Below, in pieces: positions 1-12,174 of a stretch of DNA of 64,000 nt; the first letter of the stretch is position 1; each line of letters starts with the position of its first letter. This DNA is from Lingula anatina (lineage: Eukaryota > Animalia > Brachiopoda): assembly GCA_051362555.1 (NCBI GenBank), contig CM120641.1:37764401-37828400 (forward strand), given 5' to 3'. The translations under genes and the position numbers were made by a program. The notes under the pieces were generated by a model. It was not told the origin of the DNA and made no database searches. It saw nothing but the letters and a program-made list of their open reading frames with translations.

Positions 1-229
1 GAAATTTGAACAAAAAAAATGCTATCTCGAAATTTCGAGATAATTTTTTTTTTCAACATATGGCACCAGTCGGCTTCCGTAAAAATGTGCAGTACGGTAA
101 TGGATAATAAATTTTGAACTCCGGAAAAATAAAACATAATGCTTGGCAAAGCAGACAACTTGTGGTCAAAAATGACATTATTTTATCAAATTTAAACTTC
201 TGCAACTTCAGAGAACCTCCCATTTCAAG

Positions 230-1089
230 AACTTTGACCAAAATGACCTTTTCTTTATTTTAATTAATTTTTTCTGTAGGAAATTTATGGCACATTATGG
301 TAACTCCAAAATTATAACATTTAGTCCCTTATATCTCCAAAACTGGCAGAGATAGGTCCATAGTTACTATTGAAGTTGAATAGGAAGTCATATACTGGCA
401 ATCTTACTGTGACCTTGACATTGACCTTTGACCTACTTTTCACCTTGAACTGAACTTTGCAAAATTTGCTTCCCTTTTATCTCCAAAACTGGCAGAGATA
501 GGTCCATAGTTACTATTGAACTTGCATAGGAAGTCATATACTGGCAATTTTACTGTGACCTTGAAATTGACCTTTGACCTTCTTTTCACCATGAACTGAA
601 CTTTGCAAATTTTGCTTCCCTTTTATCTCCAAAACTGGCAGAGATAGGTCCATAGTTACTATTGAAGTTGAATAGGAAGTCATATACTGGCAATCTTACT
701 GTGACCTTGAAATTGACCTTTGACCTACTTTTCACCATGAACTGAACTTTGCAAATTTTGCTTCCCTTTTATCTCCAAAACTGGCAGAGATAGGTCCATA
801 GTTACTATTGAAGTTGGATAGGAAGTCATATACTGGCAATTTACTGTGACCTTGAAATTGACCTTTGACCTACCTTACAATGAACTTAACTTTGATTGCA
901 CCATTTTTAGTTATATATATTTTTTGCATATTTTGAAAATTCTTGTTGATTGCATTTTTACAGCTTGTCAAGCACAAGACTGGTGGCTGCACCCCTTATT
1001 TTGTGTATGTGGGGGTCTATACGAATGCGCTTGCTCCAGCTGGTGGTACAATATTCGGAGGCGGTATCGCCTCTCTGATCCTCTAGTTT
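230..1089. mobile_element. Possible non-autonomous Helentron/HINE-like element carrying the tandem array
   Basis: Internal tandem core rich in TGACCTT motifs, followed by a short GC-richer tail ending '...ctctagtt' (~1081-1089). This layout resembles tandem-repeat-bearing non-autonomous elements of marine invertebrates. Boundaries are uncertain and no transposase is present. Confidence 0.35.
331..890. repeat. Tandem array of a ~146-147 bp unit (~3.8 copies)
   Basis: Near-identical unit 'atctccaaaactggcagagataggtccatagttactattgaa...tgacctttgacct...tttgcttccctttt' restarts at about 332, 478, 625 and 771. Confidence 0.95.
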
Positions 1090-4000
1090 ATATTTTACAT
1101 GGACATCTAGTACAGTTGTTTTTGAGACAGCCTATGTCTAATAATTGGCTATGCTAAATCCAATGCTTAATTGTGATAATGTATTAATAATTATCAGCAC
1201 AATCAGCTGTTGTATCAAAGACTTTTGGTAGGATTTTACCAACAGATATTCAATGTTTTCCTAATATAATATATTACAAAGGATAGTCTTGAATATGTGG
1301 AGATTGGAAATAATTAATATTTAATTAAAAATTGTGGCAGCCAATACAGCTGAGCTTTTTATTATTTATGCCATCATTTCTCACAAGTGTGACACTCGTT
1401 GACTTATTGCCAATATTTATATGTTCATGCCTCGAAGACTGTCTGGTACACGTCATTGCAGTTGAAGTTTGCATCGTTCGTTAAAATGGCCTGCCAGAAA
1501 ATCTCCAAGTTTGAAATGATAGCGCATAGTGTTAAAATATATGAATTAACAGATAGTATTATAGTACAGTAAATCAAAATGATGTATGAATTTTTTAAAA
1601 AATATTTTGTGGAAAATGTGGAAAATCATTTAAAAATAAACAATTGAAATATATACAAGCATTTTTCTCTTTTCTGAGGAGTGTTTCTTTGTTTGAAGGC
1701 GGATTCGCGTCTCCTCCCAAAAATGAAAAGGTACAATCTGACTTGCAGCTTTAAAAAGTTCTTAAAGGAAAATTAAAATGAGACTGCGTATTAACCGTGT
1801 AGTAAAGACTTAAAAGCTGGCAGCTTATCAAACTAAGTATATGGTCCGGTTTCCGTGTGGAGTCAAATCCTTTGGAAATTTTAATTTGTAAGATTCAATC
1901 TGATTGATTGTCAAGCAAACTGGGAAACAAGAGATAAATAGAGAGGGATTCCTGGAAAAAAAGCCGATTGCAGTTGCACCAACTAGGGTTGTGTGCTGTA
2001 TAAGAACGATGTCAAAAATTATTGTATTATTTTCTCTAAACCAGTGCGTGACTATTCTATAACAATAATACAGTTTAGTAAGGATTTACTACAAAATATT
2101 CACATTTGAATTCAAACCGACTGGCCCCAGGGGAAGGCGTGTTTGAAATATGTGACAATGAGAGACTATTTTGTTAAAATGTTTCGTGTGCCAAGGGTAC
2201 CTGTTTTGAGCGCACTCCAGTGAGCCAAAATACAGCGGCGTCCTGTGATTATCGTCGTAGTTTACTAGATTTAATGGTCAAATATTTCACGGTCAGTGTG
2301 GTAACCTTTCAATTCTACACTAACCCAAATGTCTCCATTTAAAAAAGATGGTTATCAGCGATAAAATGTGTGCACAGTAACATAATGTGTTTGTGTTTGT
2401 AATGATATGCCCACTAGTTTGATGAAATCTATATACAGAAAAATTAGTAGCAGCAAGTACCATTATAAATCTTTTAAATGTAATGAAACACAGGGCGCGT
2501 GTCTATCCTTTCTTTTCTCTGGATTATTTGCACTTGGGCAGTCAAAGTAACAATGTTTGATTTAGAAATGTCATTATGTTCTAATATCTCTTATATTCTT
2601 AAGTTATAAGGTAAGGGTTATTATTGCTTAAGTATCTCATGCGTATAATCATTTGATAAGCCACGTTGTCGACCGTTCGTGACATGTTATATAAACAGAA
2701 ATATTTAGGATAATTTTCATTAGATATGAGATAAGCATAGATGCTAATTTTCACAGTTCGATACATTTAATTTAAGATTAAGTAAACAGGCAGGTGGTGC
2801 ATTAATAATTACTGCAATGGAATACGACGGACGAAACTGCCAGCAGGCACGTGGATTTTATTTAAATGAGGCATTATTTGAAAATAAAGGCGCGTGGTTG
2901 TAAATGCCGGTCAATTAGTACTACGTTTGCATCGGAATAGCAAACACTATTTTAACAAATATGACAACCCCGTGCTCCAATCGGCTATGCATATGTTTAG
3001 AAATGAGTGTGAGGATTTGAAAAGTTTGTTCTTCTGCTTGTAGCTGGAATATTTTCAACGTTGGTCGCATTTATTGTGCAAACCATGCTTCTAGCATGTG
3101 TAAAGTGTCAACGTTTAGTGTTGTAAAACTGCCTTGCAAATTGAAAATTGATCTGTTTGATATACTGTTGATAAGAGAGTGTTTCCTCACAGCGTGCTGC
3201 ATTTATTCAATCCCAGTTTATCCCCTTTGTTACCTTGAACTATCCGGGACCTCCCGGCTCCCAAGTGACAGCACTCATTCAGAAAAAAAAATTGAGTTCA
3301 TTTGGTGGTGAATCAAGATTAACACAATGCGTTTTGCTCGCTTTATTTAGAAATCTATCAGACGTTAATGTCAATAAAACTCACGCGAGTTGAAACGAAG
3401 ATACCATCTAGATACGGCTGTTTTTTATTCAATACTTCAGTGAAAAGGTGTTGAAAAGAACGCGTGCCAGATGCCTCACACACAGTGGATTTTCTCCCCG
3501 TTAATCCCGCACCTCTTAAGCCCACAAGCAAAATTGTTTTGCTTAATCAGTTGTTTTAAAAAGAGGGAATCGAACAGATAATATACACAAACCTTCCTTT
3601 CAAATGAAAGTATAATGTTTTTTCAATAGACCCTCACACGCGCGTTTCCTTTCTGCAAAGTGTGCCGAAAGAGTGCCACGTGTGATAAAATCACTGAGCA
3701 TTATTCTAAAACCAATCGATTACACCCCAATACAAAGCCATTAACAAAAGAACCAAGAGGTATTAGAGAGAATAAATACCCAAAGTTTATTCATTCGTAA
3801 ACAGGAATTGCCAAAAACGCACTGTGTGCAAACATGTAACAGTAACGGTTATGTCGTAACTTTATTTTGACAATGTAATATGATGACAGCTAATAACTTA
3901 ATCTGTCATCATCTTTGTTAATGAGTTTATACATTAGTTCTTCTCGTCTCGTTGTGTCACCAGTACCTTTGCACTTTCTTATGTACGTTTCATCGTAGTT

Positions 4001-4162
4001 ACCGAGTGAGAGTTAATCCACATTGGAATTAAATTTGAAGAATTAAAATGCTAATGTATAATATCAGTTAAATATATACATATTATTATTATCCTCTTAG
4101 TCATCACACTTTTTTGATTATCTTCTGAAAGTACAAGAACTTCTGGAATTTCAACTTTAAAG

Positions 4163-4744
4163 TTAGTAAGCACTTGGAATATTTTCACAATAGTTCTGTT
4201 CTCCATCCAGACTTTCAGAATCAGAATTAATGTACGTATGTGGCATAGTCTTTGCCAATAGCTCCTGTAAAGTCTGTATATAGGTCTGAGCCATTTGAAG
4301 AGTTTCATACTTGGATAATTGTTGTTCTCCCCCTCCTATTTGTGGGACCACCGCCCTCAGCTGGTCAAACGCGCTATTTAGACCATGCATTCTGCGCCTC
4401 TCCCGAGCGTTTGCGGCCTCCCGTTTCTTGCGCTGCCTTTCGTCTTTTGGGGAGACAAATTTTGTTGGTTTCATTTTTCTCTGGGTCACTTTTAGACAAG
4501 TTCTTTCTCTTGAAGGTTGGCACTCGGTTTTGGTTGACTGTGTGTTTTCTTTTCTTGATTCTTCTGTAACTGTTAGGCTCGGTTCCTCCCAAAATTCCAA
4601 TTTGCTGAGAAACTGCGGTGGCAGACTTTCCATTGGTGAATTTCGTATGGCAAAGTTTGTGCAATCCAAAGAATTGTCATTGTAGACATCTTCTCCCATC
4701 CACGTTGTCGCAATATATTCATCGGTAAAAATATCGGCAAACAT
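4163..4744 (-). CDS. Atonal/amos (ATOH1/7-class) proneural bHLH transcription factor, intronless, ~193 aa
   Basis: bHLH '[29 protein letters not shown]...[21 protein letters not shown]' carries the atonal-family [11 protein letters not shown] signature. First ATG is at 4744 (the ORF track starts at an upstream non-ATG codon). TATA-like TATATTAA on the - strand at 4875-4882. Confidence 0.92.
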   Translation of the reverse strand: MFADIFTDEYIATTWMGEDVYNDNSLDCTNFAIRNSPMESLPPQFLSKLEFWEEPSLTVTEESRKENTQSTKTECQPSRERTCLKVTQRKMKPTKFVSPKDERQRKKREAANARERRRMHGLNSAFDQLRAVVPQIGGGEQQLSKYETLQMAQTYIQTLQELLAKTMPHTYINSDSESLDGEQNYCENIPSAY

Positions 4745-5354
4745 TTTCAACAGATGAAAATATCGCTGCAATAGGCGAACCCTCTGCGTCTTGGAGAAAA
4801 TCAAATGAATTCAGCAGTGAAGTGATACCTAGCGGCAAGAGCCACGGAGTTTAGAGCTAGAGGAAAACGCGGCATTAATATACCCCAGCTCGGGCATTAT
4901 TTGTTTAAAATTCCATCAAGCCTTTGTTGGCTTAGGCGCAAATAGATTTCCAGTTGATTGCGTGTGGTATTGTGCCGCTGTAATCAGTCAGTCAAATCAA
5001 GCACACCTTAACGGGACTTTATTCACCTCCTGATTTAATACTAACGCTGAGATGTTACATTTATCAATCGACACTGTTATTTAAAGACGACAGTCTGAAA
5101 CATCCAGCTCCATCATCGATGTCTCTGAGTTAGGTAGTTAATCTGTAACGTTAGACAGTGTTGCATAAACAACAATAAGGAATAACTGAATCCCCACTGA
5201 AATTGGAATGTGGAATGTTACGCCCGGTGACGTGATCTAACATCAAAGCATACAATGCTATGCAATATTTCTCCATTTTATGTAACAGTTGATATATGTC
5301 GGTATCTTTTATTTTCCCCTTCTTTTCCGTATCTGTCTGACTGACCGACGCCCC

Positions 5355-5394
<40 letters not shown>

Positions 5395-5420
5395 TGCACG
5401 CGCACACGCACGCGCACACT
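5355..5420. repeat. Compound microsatellite (CT)n(CA)n(GCAC)n
   Basis: Directly visible. Confidence 0.9.
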
Positions 5421-6299
5421 CGTATGCACGCATGCTTAGACACATGCACACGCTATCACAAACATCCAATAAGTAATTCAAACAGATCTCTAACGGATAA
5501 AATCATTATGAAGAAAACTGCCAAAATGTTATTCTTTTCATTTTAAAGCCGAAGACGCTACTAACTTGTGTTTTGTGTATGCATCAGAAGACCGTATCTC
5601 AGTAGTTTAAGAGTCACATGTTATGACCGCTGTCTATGGATTACGTATTAACGTCTACAACACGACTATTACATAGAATTATGACAATGAAGAATCGAAA
5701 GAACCCCGCTGATCGAGGAATGCTCATCTCCCTCTACTCACTGTTACGATCTTAAGACACCGCAGCATATGGTTATTTTCGTTCATTTTAAGTAAACGGT
5801 AAAATAAGCGTATCGCCTTTTCCAAAAATTTGCTCCATATCCTTTAAGTGGTTGAAAGGTTATATTTTGGGAGGTGAGCAATATTGTCCTTTTTTTTCAT
5901 GATATTTTAACACGTGCGCACGCACACACCATGTGTGGCAGTTGGCGGACGCTGTGGTCATGTCTATAATCGGTAAATGGCCCACTTCATCAAATGGCCA
6001 AAGAAATCATTGGATCATTCATTACCTTGTCTGTTGATTACATAATTATTCCATAATATTAGATTTCATTGTGAATTATGATAATAAAGAAGAGCTGACA
6101 GCCTAGAAGACTAGAAATGCATGTCCTTTGCTCACTGATGTGAAAAAACATCAAAGCATATGGAATTATGCAACACAAGGTTTAAACATTTTCCTGTAAA
6201 TGGTGTATTTATACGTTTTACTTTTGTACAGAGCCAAGGCAACCGATCGTCTACCTTCTGTTTCCTTCTTTATTCCCCACCGCATGCACACCGTTTTGC

Positions 6300-6341
<42 letters not shown>

Positions 6342-6527
6342 ATGTTGGTAGATACCCCGGTACATGTACGGCTTATAAGTAGTCATGAATGTTTTGTATT
6401 TCAAATGCTAAACTCGCTTAAAAACGACTAAGCGTGATTGAACATATTTGATTTTCAAATCTAAATAACAAAACAAAACAAAAAATTAATTTCCATCAGT
6501 TCTCTCAGTCTGTGGTCACATATTTGC

Positions 6528-6924
6528 TTAGCTGTACTGGGCAGTGTTGGACCCACGTCTTCTGGCCTGGAGCTCGTAGGAATGACTGAACTGGTCGTCG
6601 AGGCATCCTTCGGGGGTATCATTGTATCCTCCGATCCTTGTCGCTTTCAAAGAAATAAGAACAAAAAAGGCAAAATTCACGAGGGAAATCACAAAGAAAG
6701 TTATGAAGTAGTAATCCAGATGGAAGAATATTTCTGTCCTTTGGTCTTCTGGGTAGCATGAGGTGGCTCTGCCTTCTGAAAGATCAAATGTCAAATAATT
6801 AATATTATCCATATTTTTGTATATTTTGATTTCTTCTGTTTGTTTACTGGTAAATGATAATGTAGATTATTCATCATATCTAATATATCATTGCTTTTTT
6901 GTAATCAATTCCAAGAAATCGCTG

Positions 6925-6972
<48 letters not shown>

Positions 6973-9900
6973 ATAAGGTGAACGATACAGACCTTTCTCG
7001 AAGACATAACGTGAAATCTGGTACAAGATTTGCATTGCGAAACTCCCAATTCCCATAGCAGCATACCATATCCCTACAGCTAAACCCGGTAGAGCTCTTG
7101 GAACTAAACCATAGGCAAACTCCAGACCTAAAAAGGAGGGTGATTGGGAATAAAAAAACTACACGACAAATTAATGTCCTCGACTAATAAAGTTAGTTTT
7201 TATATCCAGGAAAAAAGAAAAAGTTTATACTAAATCATACGATAAAAACATGTTGTACAACTTGGTGTGCAAGTTTTTTATGCTACTTATTCAATTTATT
7301 CATTAATTATGAATAAGGGAAAGCAACTTTGTCAGCGTCACGGCCCCATGATCCCACATTACTAAATTCAGAGACATACATGTAGAAAAAGAAGAAGAAG
7401 AAGAAGAAGAAGAAGAACTTTGCATTTATGAATATCCCTGAAACGTTTATTTGACAGATTCACCTGCAATGGCGACGAACACTTGGGACAACCCAAGGAG
7501 CAGAAAGATGGGAGCCTGGACGTGTACTGTTAAGTTTTTCACAGGTTTTGGTCGCGAGCAGCGTCCAAACTCGACCATAACTGCGACCAGTGACGAAAGA
7601 CAAGCAATGGCCAGTCCTGCGCCTAATATTTAAGAAAAAACAAAATAAAAAAAGTTCTTCAAGTGAGTTTTCACTGATTAACATTTGATCTTTCCTTTAT
7701 TACAGCAAGCACACATGCGTAGCTTTACTCTTTAGTTTCGTCACTGTTGCACTGAAATTCAATACTGAAGAGGAGAAAATTAAACCCAGTTTGTACTTAT
7801 TACCCGTATTGGTCAATCCGCACTCCATAAAGGAGTTAATAGACTTAAGACTTAACGATGTATGTCTCGTCCTATTGCGTTTGGAGCGCTCTTACATTAC
7901 CACCACCACCACCACCACCACCCCCTATACCACCCCCACCCATAATCCACTTCATAACGGCTCTCTTATAGACTTCATATTCACCTATCTTGACTAGCAA
8001 TCTGTTCGGTTTACCACGCTTCCTTTCAATCAATGGGTAAATGACATAGAAACACAATGGGATCATCGTCAAAACCGCCCCAATATTGTACGTCTGCATC
8101 CACAGATGGAGCGACAGGAGCTCGTCATTGATGAGAATGTCATGGTGAAGAAGGAGCTCTGCTGCTTGGACGTCATATACACCAAATATCTGCAATTTCA
8201 ATTAGATAGAATAAAATAAGTGCGCAAACGAAACATTTAAATTGGTATAATATTGAAAGAAATCATACTTATAACTTGGTGTTAATTAATTCCATATCAA
8301 AAGTCAAGACCTCAAAATTTTGCTACCAGAGAAAAATCATCAAAACTTAGTTAAAGGGATAACAACTCTTTGAATGAGATCTATATATCACAATAAAACA
8401 TTGTGAAGAACTCATAGAAATATGATATACCACAAAAACGGCAGTTATAACTATTATTCTGAAATCTGAACTTGTCTTTAGACCAAGTGACCTCCATTGA
8501 TGACTTTACTCTGTTATAATCTCTTAAGAGATTTAAGAGATTTTTAGAAAAAAACAGGAACTTACTTTGAATGTAAAAATAGATTCATTAACCATTGGTT
8601 AGTATGGGAAAATTGTTGTTTACTCCAGGAAAATTCATTTTTGGCCAAAACGAAAAGTTATTATCCCTTTAAGTTATATCTAGAGATTACCTGAAAATAA
8701 TTAGACCAATATAAGATCATTGTTCCTTGTATCATGATGACCTTTAGGATTCTTTTGAAACGGTTTACATTTTTGTGTTGTATCTCTCGCTGTTGTGTCA
8801 GTATTGGTCTGATTTCTTGTTGTTCTTGTTGAATATCTGCAGAACCTCGCGAGTGGCGCATGATAGCGGAAAAGCTCCGGGACAAGGTAGTCCATTTTGC
8901 CGAATTAGTGTAAGAACTTTCGTCTTCTGATAAATAGAAATTAAAAATAAGAAAAAAAAACTTTTTTTTATTTCCTAACAGTCATTTTATTATTCCCACA
9001 AACTAGTTTATATTTGGTATCAAAATATTTGACAAAAAAGGGGGGATTCAGTCAATGCATTCCTTTAGTATTTAAAAAGTTGAAAATTTAATGAACATAC
9101 TTTTACTACATGGTTATATTAAACTTTACTTCATGCTTGATGAAGTTGTTTACCTTCGGCCTCTTCATTGCGGTAGAGCTTCCAACCTGACAGGAACACA
9201 ATTGTCGCAACCACGATTGCTGCAGGGATGACGAGGTAGCCGGCCCAGCCGTATGTCCGAAAAGATTCGAGAAACAATGCACACAAAGACCCAATACTCA
9301 AGGCAAAATAATACCTGAAATACAGATAAGCTTTCATATCGAAAACATACAGGAAAAATGAAGTGAGTGAGCCAGAATTCGAATAAACATTCGAATTACG
9401 AACTGTCAAAGATACGGTTTACCTGTAGGGTAATCGAAAAATACGCCAGCCAGTCACATTTTTAAGACAATATTATTATTAACTTCAGCCTTATTATGGA
9501 ATTTCATGATTTCATAATATTTTTTTTTTTTCATATCACTATAAGTTAAGGAGAGTCTTTATAAGCCTTTAAAAACTTATCTATAATATACCATAGTGTA
9601 TACGGTAGGGTAGGCCTACTCAACTTAGACCTAACAAAACGTACCTCATAGTCACTCTGACGATATGAATTCTCTTGATATATCGTTGCATCTGGGACTG
9701 AAACTCATGTCCGTCTTTTGATCAAACTTCCCTTCTAAATCTAACGACTCCACATAGATTTGTTAAAATATTTCTGTCAGTTATTGTAAAGGCTACGCCG
9801 CGTAACACGTATAGGCCTATCCTATCTCTTACCAGTGGAAAAACGAACTATTCCGTTTGCTACGGGGCGGACCCTGTTGGACACCAAGAACCACGATGTT

Positions 9901-10855
9901 GGCTCTGATTCCTCCCTCCGCCACCACCAACAGACACAAGGCCGCCACACTCAAATTTTGTGCCACGAGATGCTCTAATCTCTAAAACATATCAAAACAG
10001 AAATGTGTGTTATTTGTTCCCTTTTATTTTTAGATTAGCTGTACAACTGGCACATGATCCGAGCACAATTTCATCCTTTAAGATTTTAAAGGAACTGAAA
10101 AGTTCATGTGTGAGCGAGACACACACCATGCCCTATAAGCAGGGATACAGTTTTTTACTAAAGTCACAAATTGTGCGCTGGGCTAAATGGTGTGACTGTG
10201 ACTCACTAAAAGCAAAATCAAAACTTATTTATTAATATTTCATTTTATCTGTTTATTAAATTTTTTTATTAATCTATCTATTTTATTATACCCTTTTTTT
10301 TGGGGGGGGGAGGGGGGTATCAATATACTCACCCATATAGCTACGGCACATGGAATCAAAACTGATCCTAATAAAGTAATAAAATATAGTTAAATGCATC
10401 TTTGTAATATCTTAAAGTCGTTGGCGCAAACTTGAAAGAACTGTTTGTTTGTCGGCGTTTACATGTAAATAAAAATGCAAAACACTAGAATATACCCATT
10501 TAATTGTGATTTCCAATCTGTCCATCCCCTCACCTGCAATGAAAACAAGCAATGACACTAGAATAATATATTTCCTGGGACAAAGCATGTCCCCAAGCAG
10601 GCCACCAAATATCGGGAAGAAATAAGCAAACCCTTCAAAGACATTATCCACCACACCGAGAGTAATAGAGCTGTAGTTGAGGTACGTATTTCCAGTGTCC
10701 ACGTAACTAAGCTCCAAAACGCACCGCTGAAATGCCAGTCTCTCCAGGGCGACAAAGCAGAGGATTAATATATGAGCCTTATTCCAGCCGTGGCACTCAC
10801 TGCTACATGTGTTTCTTTCTGTTTTGTCATTTAAGCCAGGTTCTTCTATTTCCAT
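6528..10855 (-). CDS. SLC15/POT (PTR2) family MFS transporter, 9 coding exons, ~549 aa
   Basis: Exons (-): 10855-10534, 10367-10333, 9981-9833, 9314-9154, 8926-8691, 8189-7985, 7622-7464, 7127-6993, 6775-6528. All are GT-AG and the frame is continuous (1650 nt). Motifs: ALERLAF (ExxER region), FPIFGGLLGD, EGGIRAN..LG..Q, SFFHWYYFA, GLEFAY, HLDYYF. Confidence 0.88.
6927..6968. repeat. (CT)n microsatellite in an SLC15 intron
   Basis: Directly visible. Further simple repeats: (GAA)n ~7388-7416, (ACC)n ~7897-7922, (GT)n ~16061-16098, poly-A at 6301-6339 and 15298-15343. Confidence 0.9.
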
Positions 10856-12174
10856 TTTGTTTTGATACACATAACGCGTGTAAAATGCTTCTGTTGCAGA
10901 TGATCCGCAGTATAGATATGCATTGTTTTAGTGAGAATGTACAGTGCAAATGTAAATCTTATCCTGTGTTGATAGTGATAGTAATGACTATCAATAATGA
11001 ACGCTATATTTACACTGTCCTATTTGGGTAGATCCAGTGCGCTCACACAATAAGCTGAAAATATTTTTGGATAATATTTACGCACATACTGATCATTGTA
11101 CGGTCAGAACAACTGCATGTGTATATCACCAATTTGTTGCGATGAACTAGGCCAACGTTATTTCTATAAAACAAGAACGACAACCTTATGTTCCAAACCT
11201 TGTTTTTCATTTTGGTTTTTAAATACGTAGAAATGTATGACCTATATATATATATATGCTACAGCTTTACTGATAAGCATTTCACATTGGTTTGACACCA
11301 TGTTTCAGTATCATCATCATCATAACTTTTGGCGAACGATTAATAATAGAATGACACTGAATCATTAGACATATATATATACTTGAACTTGAATAATCTG
11401 TTAATTTCAAATATCTTATAAGAGCAGTCACGCATTCCCGGCCTCAGTTTAGTTTTACTCTGGTTTAAAACATGGGATAGAAGGAACGCATGTGATATAT
11501 AGGTTTACAATTGCAGGAACAGGTTTGAGAAACTTCAGATTGAAACCCGACAGAGTCAACAGATTTCTTACAGCAATACTGCTATGTTTCCACTACACTT
11601 CACCAGTTTGATTACACAGTCCTCTTCAGAACGAAAATTTCAAATGGTTACACTTTTTTCAAAACGTAAGGGGAAAATATTTGAAAAAGAGAAAAATACA
11701 CCTATATCACTTAGTTTTTTATTTTATTTTTTATTCAGAATCGTAAGAATCTTACCAAGACCGTAGTACAAATGTGTATAGAACTCCTTGACCTAAAATT
11801 CAAGAAGTTTCAGTTTCATTGTATCATTGACCTCAGTAATAGAATCTTACAGCGTCATATTATATTGAAAGTGACAGCAAACCTTATATTTATGAGACAG
11901 CCTTATGTCAGGTACAATTAAAATATTGTAAATCATCATTAACCTAAAAAGAGTTATACTTGTCTACAACCATAGAGACACTATACTAAGTGCTTTGCAC
12001 GCTACACGGTTCTCTTCCCTTGTTAGTGTCGTTTAATTTATTGGGCTATAAACTTATTATTTGTCATGCCTTGGGATTCATTAAAACTTTTGATTTATAT
12101 AAGATATAGCAAGCGGTAAATCTGGATATTCTTCCTGATAAGGTTTGGGGTGAAACAGTAGATATTGGAAAACA

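Noticed and set aside
23-80. Perfect 20-bp palindrome (23-42) and a possible repeat-element terminus at the window edge
   Set aside because: Truncated by the window, so it cannot be classified.
331-890. Regularly spaced repeats superficially like a CRISPR array
   Set aside because: Whole units are repeated with no unique spacers, there are no cas genes, and the context is eukaryotic.
4745-4804. N-terminal 20 aa of the ORF-track atonal protein
   Set aside because: Begins at a non-ATG codon. The first ATG is at 4744.
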